Assembly (NCBI RefSeq): GCF_046483245.1 | Contig: NZ_JAWODO010000041.1 | Span: 3,836-67,835, forward strand | Length of the DNA stretch: 64,000 nt | Source: Desulfosalsimonas sp. | GTDB lineage: Bacteria; Desulfobacterota; Desulfobacteria; Desulfobacterales; Desulfosalsimonadaceae | Direction: 5' to 3' | Part shown: positions 46,252-53,481 of the stretch, piece after piece | Numbering within the stretch: position 1 is the first letter of the stretch | How the letters are laid out: the number at the start of each line of letters is the position of its first letter | Made by a program: the position numbers and the translations under genes | Notes under the pieces: generated by a model | Databases searched by the model: none | The model's input: only the letters and a program-made list of their open reading frames with translations | What the model was told of the DNA's origin: nothing

Positions 46252-47451
46252 CTACCTGCGCCTTCTGAGCCGCTCAATGGAAAACCGCAAACTGTCCTGC
46301 ATCCGGGAGATCGCTTCAGCCAAACTGCCGATTTCATCTTTGGAGCGCACTTCGATCTCAGCTTCCAGATCCCCGACGCTGATGCGGTCTGCCGCCTCGG
46401 TCAGATAGCGAATCTTGCGGGTCAGGCGGTATCCATAAACAATAATACAAAAACCAATAATCAGGATCGAGCCGCCCAGAATCCCGAGGTTGATATTGCG
46501 GGTCTCCATTGTCATCTGCTCGGCATTTTCGCGCAGGCCCTCGGTTCTTTCCGTAAATTCGTCCATGTAGGCGGTGGCCTCCAGTTGAAACTTTTTGCCC
46601 TCGATGTTGATGGGGACGATTGCCATGTATTTTTCCCTCAGGTCACCGTCTGCGTCCTTCCACATATATGTCCCGGCGGCCTCCTTTCTGCCCCAGGAAT
46701 TTTCCATGAGCTCCCACCATTCCTCAAAATACGGGCCCAATGCTTTGCGCAGGGTGTCGTCGGTATTCGGTATGCCGATCAGATTCGGATTGGGGTGCGC
46801 CCATAGAGTGAAGTCCCGGTCCGCAGTTTCCTCTTCGCTCAAACAGGTGTAACCGCTTTCACCAACGGCTTGCACGGCAATCTGATTGAAAGTGGGATCG
46901 TAGCTGAAATCCTCACGTTCAAGCTCCGGATGCGTGCGCAGATAAATTTCGCACTGCAAAGCCACATCCCGGGCTTTTTGAAGCAGCTGATCCTTACCGG
47001 CCTCGGCAACCAATTCGGTGCTCTGATCGGTAATCTCCGTGGTCAGCTTGTCGATCTGCATGTATGAGAAATAGCCCGAAACCGCCATCAGGATAACCGG
47101 TATGACCAGAAAGAGGAAAAACATCTTGCCGCGCAACCCGATCCATCCGCCGGAAGAAAAATCACCCCCTGAATAATCCGGGCCTCCGGCTGCAGTCGAA
47201 GGCTCTTCTTCGCCCGGCTGTGCCAGGGATGGTCCGGCATCTTCCGCATCCTCCGGGGGTGCGTCGGCAGTCGCATAGGAAGGTTCGGAATAGGTTTCCT
47301 CGGGCAATTCCGTGGTTTCCATCAACCTGGACAGCTGGGTCACATGGCCGCATTCCCCGCACCGGACACGTATACTTTGGCCTCTATAGCGCTCAAGCTT
47401 ATCCGGATCCAGATGATAAACCTTTCCGCATTCCTCGCAAATCACCGTCAT
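46252..47451 (-). CDS. MJ0042-type zinc-ribbon, TM, extracytoplasmic (Cache-like) domain, TM and a HAMP-only protein
   Basis: 'VICEECGKVYHL...VRCGECGHV' (2 x CxxC), two TM segments and a terminal HAMP 'TRKIRYLTEAADRISVGDLEAEIEVRSKDEIGSLAEAISRM'. Nothing follows the HAMP. Confidence 0.7.
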   Translation of the reverse strand: MTVICEECGKVYHLDPDKLERYRGQSIRVRCGECGHVTQLSRLMETTELPEETYSEPSYATADAPPEDAEDAGPSLAQPGEEEPSTAAGGPDYSGGDFSSGGWIGLRGKMFFLFLVIPVILMAVSGYFSYMQIDKLTTEITDQSTELVAEAGKDQLLQKARDVALQCEIYLRTHPELEREDFSYDPTFNQIAVQAVGESGYTCLSEEETADRDFTLWAHPNPNLIGIPNTDDTLRKALGPYFEEWWELMENSWGRKEAAGTYMWKDADGDLREKYMAIVPINIEGKKFQLEATAYMDEFTERTEGLRENAEQMTMETRNINLGILGGSILIIGFCIIVYGYRLTRKIRYLTEAADRISVGDLEAEIEVRSKDEIGSLAEAISRMQDSLRFSIERLRRRR

Positions 47452-47552
47452 GATCTATCCTCCTCGGTCAATTGTTGGCAGCATGAAATAAAATCATTTT
47501 CCTTTATCTCCAAAGGAATTCTTTTCTTGTTCCGCAAGGGACCAATCCCGGA

Positions 47553-48026
47553 CTATGTCTGGATTTCCCGCAGCTTTTTGACCATGGCCTGCTGAAAGGC
47601 CACTTTTCTTTCCTCGCGCAAAATCTGGCGAGCCAGCAAGTCCACTAGCTCGGCTGCCCTATGGGCAGGGAACCGGTTGGCCGTCTCCCCCATCTCCCGG
47701 ATCTCATCTTCGATCACCACGTCCGCAATGGGCCCCATGGCCCGGGAAAGCTGGGAGGAGAGAAAATCAAGAAAATCCTTTCCCAGGACCGGCATGCTAT
47801 CCTGGGCCGGTTCGCAGAGTTTCAGCTGATGAAGCTTCTGGACCACGCCACGAAGGTCCTTCATGCTCATCTGCAGAGACTGGGCCACCTCACTGAGCCT
47901 CTTTTTACCGTCGAGTTCCATAAGCACCTGCAACATCTGACTGTCGAGGGAAACCTCGCCCAGGTCGGCCCGCAGGCTTCGTTTCAATACCATCCCGGAA
48001 ATATCACCTGAAAAAACAGCTGTCAT
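47553..48026 (-). CDS. Hypothetical protein (157 aa; winged-helix-like N-terminal half)
   Basis: Intact ORF inside the co-directional cluster. 'QVLMELDGKKRLSEVAQSLQMSMKDLRGVVQKLHQLKL' is HTH-like. No family was recognised. Confidence 0.45.
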   Translation of the reverse strand: MTAVFSGDISGMVLKRSLRADLGEVSLDSQMLQVLMELDGKKRLSEVAQSLQMSMKDLRGVVQKLHQLKLCEPAQDSMPVLGKDFLDFLSSQLSRAMGPIADVVIEDEIREMGETANRFPAHRAAELVDLLARQILREERKVAFQQAMVKKLREIQT

Positions 48027-48068
48027 GCAATGCCTCCGTTTCGAAGGAAGATGTGTTCATTCCCTGGG

Positions 48069-48671
48069 TTACGCACCGAGATTCTTGATGATTTGCTGGA
48101 TGACCTGCAGTTCCGACTTGATGGTTTTCCTCAGCTCTCCAACGATATAATCCAGGGCCTCCTGATTTTCCAGCACGGCCGCAGGGCTGTTCCCGGTTTT
48201 CCCGGAAACCTTTTGACTCCCGGCTGGTTCCGGGGTAAGCACCCGCTTCTTGAATTCCTTGAATCTTTTGACATCTGCGGAAAGCAGGCGTTTTTTCTCT
48301 TTTTCCGGCATTTCCGGACGGGCCAGAACGGTTTCAAAGTTTTTGAACACGTCTGCCACAAAACCGATGGCCTCCGGGTGCGCCTTGGCCTTTTTGGCCT
48401 TGATGTATTTGCCAACGGCTTCCTGGAGCTTTAAAAACATGGAAACGATTTTGTCGTCCTGGTAGGTCTCCTGCAACCGACGAATCTCTTTTAAAAAAGC
48501 CCCCATGCTTTCGTCTGAAATCTCCCAGTCAATCCCGGCCACCAGCGCACTGAGCTCACGGACAGGGGAATTTTGCTCATCAAACCCGGCATCCTCGTCT
48601 TCGCCAAACATTTCCTCGAGCCGGCTGGAAACTTCTTCGCCCAGGCCCTCATCATCTTCCGTGCGATTCAA
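48069..48671 (-). CDS. Hypothetical acidic/coiled-coil protein (200 aa)
   Basis: Starts 11 bp after the mglA-like stop. It has a very acidic N-terminus ('EDDEGLGEE...FGEDEDAGFDEQ') and a Lys-rich helical centre. Confidence 0.45.
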   Translation of the reverse strand: MNRTEDDEGLGEEVSSRLEEMFGEDEDAGFDEQNSPVRELSALVAGIDWEISDESMGAFLKEIRRLQETYQDDKIVSMFLKLQEAVGKYIKAKKAKAHPEAIGFVADVFKNFETVLARPEMPEKEKKRLLSADVKRFKEFKKRVLTPEPAGSQKVSGKTGNSPAAVLENQEALDYIVGELRKTIKSELQVIQQIIKNLGA

Positions 48672-48682
48672 TGATTTTCCTC

Positions 48683-49288
48683 CTATTGCAGTTTTTTCCG
48701 CAGGGAACTGACAGTCAGTGCGATAATTTTTTTCATGGTGGCGGCCACATTATCGCCCCGGATGGCGCTGGCCGGGAAATAAGGGGCGTTTAATCTGGAG
48801 TTCAAATCCTTCTGCAGAGTTTCCCCCGAGAGAATGGGGATGCCTTCATCGGCGAGATCCCGCTTGTTGTACTGCATCACCAGCGGAATGTTAAAAATGT
48901 TTTTATTGAAGGTCTCCAGGTTTTCCTTTAGGTTCTGCAGGGAGCGAATATTCATCTCCCGCCGCAAATCCATGGAATCAGCCACAAAAACAATGCCGTC
49001 AACGCCCCGCAGCACCAGGCGGCGGGTGGCATTGTATTTCACCTGACCGGGGACTGTGTAGAGCTGGATCTTAATGCTGTGTCCCTTGATTTCGCCGATG
49101 TCAAATGGGAGAAAGTCAAAAAACAGAGTCCGGTCACCATAAGTTTTCACCGTGACCATCTCATTTAAAATCCGTTTTTTGAATTTGCGGTTGATATATT
49201 CGAGGTTCGTGGTCTTGCCGCCGCGGCCCGGGCCGTAGTAAACGATCTTGACCTGGACCTCCCGCTTTTTCGGATTAATTAACGCCAA
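48683..49288 (-). CDS. mglA: MglA-family Ras-like small GTPase
   Basis: P-loop 'YYGPGRGGKTTN', 'DRTLFFDFLP' (the intrinsic Arg region of MglA), 'YTVPGQVKY' and 'QYNKRDL'. All are collinear with Myxococcus MglA motifs. Confidence 0.9.
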   Translation of the reverse strand: MALINPKKREVQVKIVYYGPGRGGKTTNLEYINRKFKKRILNEMVTVKTYGDRTLFFDFLPFDIGEIKGHSIKIQLYTVPGQVKYNATRRLVLRGVDGIVFVADSMDLRREMNIRSLQNLKENLETFNKNIFNIPLVMQYNKRDLADEGIPILSGETLQKDLNSRLNAPYFPASAIRGDNVAATMKKIIALTVSSLRKKLQ

Positions 49289-49372
49289 ATCACCTTCCTC
49301 CGCAACCCTTTAGGTTTTCTCCACTGCCATTATATTTCCCGAATATGCGCGTTCATAGTCCCCGCAACGACA

Positions 49373-49765
49373 TTAAATCAACGTCTGAATGCGCTTGATG
49401 GCCTCGGCTACTTTCAATCGCAGAAATCCCAGAGAAACATCCCGGTTGAAAATGGTCAAAAGCAGCAAATCCTCCACCACCTTGCTGAAATGGATGCTTT
49501 CTTTTTCCCCCTTGTGAAACAACAGGGAAAATTCCTGCTCCCCGATGATATTGGCCATGGCGCTGACCGCCCCGTAATTGCCCGCCGCCAGTGCAGCCAG
49601 GGAAAACACGTCGTGATTGGCATGCCCGTTGTCAAGATTGACAATTACATTGCCGGCCAGATCCATCAGGATGACACTCTGCACCCCCAGATCGATCAAC
49701 TCCTGCTGCAGCACATCTTCAATGGATTCGATCTGTTCCTTGGTGAAATCGATTGTAAAATCCAT
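49373..49765 (-). CDS. mglB: Roadblock/LC7 protein (MglB-like GAP candidate)
   Basis: 130 aa. 'GVQSVILMDLAGNVIV', 'AALAAGNYGA' and 'LLTIFNRDVSLGFLRL' are typical Roadblock blocks. It lies immediately upstream of the mglA-like gene, as in the Myxococcus mglBA operon. Confidence 0.75.
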   Translation of the reverse strand: MDFTIDFTKEQIESIEDVLQQELIDLGVQSVILMDLAGNVIVNLDNGHANHDVFSLAALAAGNYGAVSAMANIIGEQEFSLLFHKGEKESIHFSKVVEDLLLLTIFNRDVSLGFLRLKVAEAIKRIQTLI

Positions 49766-49898
49766 TTACGGTTACCCCTTGCCTTCCAAATTGATATGCA
49801 CCCTTCCCCCCAATGCCGGAATTCGCTAATGCCCGCAATTTGTCCGGCGCGCTGTTTTTTTTGCATAAACTCTTTTCTTATATAACAATGATTTACCC

Positions 49899-49926
49899 GA
49901 ATCAATGAGAAAATGCCCATTGATTC
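49899..49926. promoter_or_regulatory. Inverted repeat upstream of the mglB-like operon (candidate operator)
   Basis: GAATCAATG (49899-49907), a 10-nt spacer, then CATTGATTC (49918-49926). The arms are a perfect 9-bp match. It lies about 135-160 bp upstream of the mglB-like start on the minus strand. Confidence 0.35.
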
Positions 49927-50046
49927 TATGCGGTCTTTTATCCTTATCTCAGTGGATTTCTGTTTAAGAATCAATAACATATTCTCAGTTCCGAATGCAA
50001 GCAGGAAAGGAAGATCATTTGTGGCATCATGGGGCAGGCGTTGCCG

Positions 50047-51426
50047 CTATTGCCCCTTTACCCTGAAATAACGCTCTACCAGGGCTTCTGCCAGTCCCGT
50101 GTATTCAGACGGGTGAAGATCTTTTAAATCCCGGCGCACGGCCTCGGGAATGGACTCCAGACCGTCAACAAAACCGGCCAGATCCTCCCGGGTGATTCGC
50201 TTGCCCCGGGTCAGTGCCTTTAACTTTTCATACGGCTGGCTTTCGCCGTAAACCCGCATGGCCGACTGCACGGGTTCAGCCAGCAATTCCTGGTTGGCCT
50301 CCAGGTCTGCAGCGATCACCGGCTCATTGGCCTCAACCCGGTCAAGGCCCTTGTATGTGGAGGCCAGGGCCACCATCATGTAGCCAAACACCACCCCCAG
50401 ATTGCGAAGCACCGTGCTGTCGCTCAAATCCCGCTGGAATCTGGAAATCATCAGCTTGACCGCCATGTGCTCCATCATGGAAACAGCCAGCCCGAGATTG
50501 CCCTCGCTGTTTTCAAAATCAATGGGATTGACTTTATGGGGCATGGTCGATGATCCCACTTCTCCCTCTTTGAGCTTCTGCTTGAAATAGCCCAGGGAAA
50601 TATAGCCCCACATATCCCGGTCCAGATCCGTGAGAACCGCGGAAATCCGTACCATGGAATGAAGAATGGCGGCCATGTAATTGTTGGGATTGACCTGGGT
50701 GGTGTACATCACAGGCGAGATCTCCAGATGCTGCTCCATAAACCGGGTGGAGGCGGCCATCCAGTCGATTTCAGGAAACACGAAGTGATGGGCATTGTAA
50801 TTGCCGCTGGCCCCGTTTAGCTTGGCCTGAATGGGCAGGTCCGAAAGGCATCGCAGTTCATGGCGCAGACGCCAGGCAAAATTGACCATCTCTTTACCGA
50901 CAGTGGTGGGCGTTGCCGGCTGGCCGTGGGTTCGCGCCATCATGGGAATGCTTTTGTACTCACGGGCCAGCTCCTCGATTTTCGCCAGGATTTCCCGGAG
51001 CCGCTCGACAATCTGCCGGCGGCCGCTGCGGATCATCAGGGCATAAGAGGTGTTGTTGATATCATCGGAGGTGCAGGCAAAATGCACCCATTCCTTGATA
51101 TGGACCAGGCCGGAAGCCGTGAGCTTTTCCTTGATATAGTACTCCACGGCCTTGACATCATGATTGGTTTCTTTTTCAATGGCCTTGACCGCTTCGGCGC
51201 CATCCACGTCAAAATTCTCATATATGGCATCGATTTTTTTCAGTGCCGCATCATCGGCTTCCGCCATGCCCAGATCCCTGAGCAGAAATTTGAGCCACTG
51301 CAATTCCACGTAAAGCCGGTACCGAATCAGGCCGTATTCGGAAAAAATCTCCCTGAGCGGGCCGGCATGGCGGGCATATCTGCCGTCGAGTACGGAAATG
51401 GCTTCAATTGGCCTTTGTTGGGTCAT
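50047..51426 (-). CDS. purB: Adenylosuccinate lyase
   Basis: Fumarate-lyase signature 'GSSTMPHKVNP'. The N-terminus 'ISVLDGRYA' is typical of PurB. Confidence 0.95.
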   Translation of the reverse strand: MTQQRPIEAISVLDGRYARHAGPLREIFSEYGLIRYRLYVELQWLKFLLRDLGMAEADDAALKKIDAIYENFDVDGAEAVKAIEKETNHDVKAVEYYIKEKLTASGLVHIKEWVHFACTSDDINNTSYALMIRSGRRQIVERLREILAKIEELAREYKSIPMMARTHGQPATPTTVGKEMVNFAWRLRHELRCLSDLPIQAKLNGASGNYNAHHFVFPEIDWMAASTRFMEQHLEISPVMYTTQVNPNNYMAAILHSMVRISAVLTDLDRDMWGYISLGYFKQKLKEGEVGSSTMPHKVNPIDFENSEGNLGLAVSMMEHMAVKLMISRFQRDLSDSTVLRNLGVVFGYMMVALASTYKGLDRVEANEPVIAADLEANQELLAEPVQSAMRVYGESQPYEKLKALTRGKRITREDLAGFVDGLESIPEAVRRDLKDLHPSEYTGLAEALVERYFRVKGQ

Positions 51427-51473
51427 GATTCTCCTGTTTCCTTGTCAGTGCTGTTTATTCATGGACTGATTTC

Positions 51474-53444
51474 TCAATTGGATTCAGCTCCGTCGCCCCC
51501 GGATCCCAGGAATGCCGTGGGCCGGGTATCCCGGATATAGCGGCGGACACCCTTGACAATGCCGTCGCATAAATGCTTTTGATACTTCGAATTGGTGAGA
51601 CGCTGACATTCCCGTTTATTGCTGATAAAAGAGGCTTCAACCAAAATCGAAGGCATTTGGGCGCCCAGAAGGACATAAAACGGCGCCTGCTTGACGCCCT
51701 TATCATGAATCCGGCTGTAACGGCTGTCCAGATGGCCGATCATGTTTTTGTGCACATAAGTGGCCAACCGGCTGGATTCATTGATCTTGGCATTGCGCAT
51801 CAAATCATCGAGAATCGTCTGCAGCTCGCTGATATTTTTCTCGGATGTGGCATTTTCCCGGGCGGCTACGGCAATGGAGTCCTCATCGGTTGTCAGGTTT
51901 AGAAAATAAGTCTCGATGCCGTATGCATTCCGGTTTCTGGCGGCATTGGCATGAATGGATATAAACAGGTCCGCTTTTTTGGTATTGGCAATGGCAGTGC
52001 GCTCCTCAAGGGTCAGATACACATCCCTGTCCCGTGTCAGCAGCACTTCACAGCCCAGTTCCTCGCGAAGCCTGGCGGCCAATTTTTTTGAGATTTCCAG
52101 TACCACGTTTTTTTCATGCACTCCCTTTAAATAACCCGGCGCCCCGTAGTCCTTGCCCCCGTGGCCGGCATCAATGACAATCCGCCGCACCCCCAGGGCC
52201 AGCTGCCGGGCAATGGAAGCTTTCTGATCCCGGGATATTTTGGGATCAGAGGAATCTGCTTGCTTCTCTGCAGCTGCCTGGCCCCTTACATCAATGACAA
52301 TTCTGAAAGGATTTTTCAAAGAAAACACATTGTAATCTTCAAAGGACTTGATATCCACAACCACACGGACTTTATCAGACCGGTACTGACCGGCGCGCAC
52401 GTCCTTGAGCAGGGTGTCGTTGATGGCAATCTGCTCCTGGATATGATTGGCCAGGCGGGTGTTGTCCAGATCCACGTACAGCCGCTGATTCATCTGGTTG
52501 ATGGAGGGATCTTTTTTCAACAGGTTGTGCTTGAAATCAGTGGCCTGGTTGGCATCAATGACCACCCGGGTATATTCCGGGTTGGACCAGTAGCGGATTC
52601 CGGTAACCGTAACCGCCTCCCCCGATGCGGGCGCATTGCTGCGGTCTGAATGATTCGTGGTGACTTCCCCGGACGCAGTGTCTTCTCCGGCAAGCTTCAC
52701 GGGGGTATGCGCACTTGTCGCAGACGCGTCAAGCGCTTTGCGCGCACGCCGGCTGTAGGCGCTCGACGGATACTGCCCGGCCACTTTTTTAAACAGGGAC
52801 CGGGCTTTTTGCTCATCAGCAGGACTGCGGGAATGGGAATACAGTTTCTGATACAGCTGTGCGGTCATAAACAACCCGGCCGCCGCCCAGGGGCCCTCCC
52901 GATCCCGTTCATGGACAGCTTCGAAGCGCTCAATGCACTTTAACCAATAGCTGCGGTATTTCTGCCGCTCCGGGTGCTGCTGGAGTTGCCGGTAGCAGGA
53001 CTCGGCTTCAAAATAGGCCTGTTTTGCCGCCTTTTCATCGGCTTTGATCGCATCCCCGATGTCTCTTAAAGCTGCCCGGGCTTTTTGCCTGTAAGCGCTT
53101 TCGGGATATTTTCGGGTCACCTGTTGAAACCGGGAAGCCGCAGCCTTGAGGTCTGCAGACCGGTAGGAGTGTCTGTAAAGCTCCCGGTACAGGCTTGCGG
53201 CCTTATACAACCCGGCCGCCGCCCAGGGACCGTCCGGGTCCCGATCATGGACAGCATCGAAGCGTTCAATGCACTTTAACCAATAGCTGCGGTATTTCTG
53301 CCGCTCCGGGTGCTGCTGCAGCTGCCGGTAGCAGGACTCTGCCTCAAAATAGAGCTGATTTGGCGAGGCTCCCGTGGATACGCACGACCCTAACACGCAA
53401 ATCAGGCAGATAACGAAAATATGAATAAGTCGTCTGTGTTTCAT
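51474..53444 (-). CDS. amiC: N-acetylmuramoyl-L-alanine amidase (AmiC-type) lipoprotein with a duplicated N-terminal TPR/YbgF-like module and an AMIN domain
   Basis: Lipobox 'VLGSC'. AMIN-like 'VTGIRYWSNPEYTRVVID...FRIVIDV'. Amidase_3 'IVIDAGHGGKDYGA', 'ISIHANA' and 'LVEASFISN'. Confidence 0.88.
   Translation of the reverse strand: MKHRRLIHIFVICLICVLGSCVSTGASPNQLYFEAESCYRQLQQHPERQKYRSYWLKCIERFDAVHDRDPDGPWAAAGLYKAASLYRELYRHSYRSADLKAAASRFQQVTRKYPESAYRQKARAALRDIGDAIKADEKAAKQAYFEAESCYRQLQQHPERQKYRSYWLKCIERFEAVHERDREGPWAAAGLFMTAQLYQKLYSHSRSPADEQKARSLFKKVAGQYPSSAYSRRARKALDASATSAHTPVKLAGEDTASGEVTTNHSDRSNAPASGEAVTVTGIRYWSNPEYTRVVIDANQATDFKHNLLKKDPSINQMNQRLYVDLDNTRLANHIQEQIAINDTLLKDVRAGQYRSDKVRVVVDIKSFEDYNVFSLKNPFRIVIDVRGQAAAEKQADSSDPKISRDQKASIARQLALGVRRIVIDAGHGGKDYGAPGYLKGVHEKNVVLEISKKLAARLREELGCEVLLTRDRDVYLTLEERTAIANTKKADLFISIHANAARNRNAYGIETYFLNLTTDEDSIAVAARENATSEKNISELQTILDDLMRNAKINESSRLATYVHKNMIGHLDSRYSRIHDKGVKQAPFYVLLGAQMPSILVEASFISNKRECQRLTNSKYQKHLCDGIVKGVRRYIRDTRPTAFLGSGGDGAESN
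52845..53360 (-). repeat. Intragenic tandem duplication with a 336-bp (112-codon) period inside the amidase gene
   Basis: For example, 52921-52983 versus 53257-53319 are nearly identical at the DNA level. The protein repeat 'YFEAESCYRQLQQHPERQKYRSYWLKCIERF' occurs twice. Confidence 0.85.
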
Positions 53445-53481
53445 GCAACTGCTTTGTTGATTAATGGCCAAAATCTCCGGC

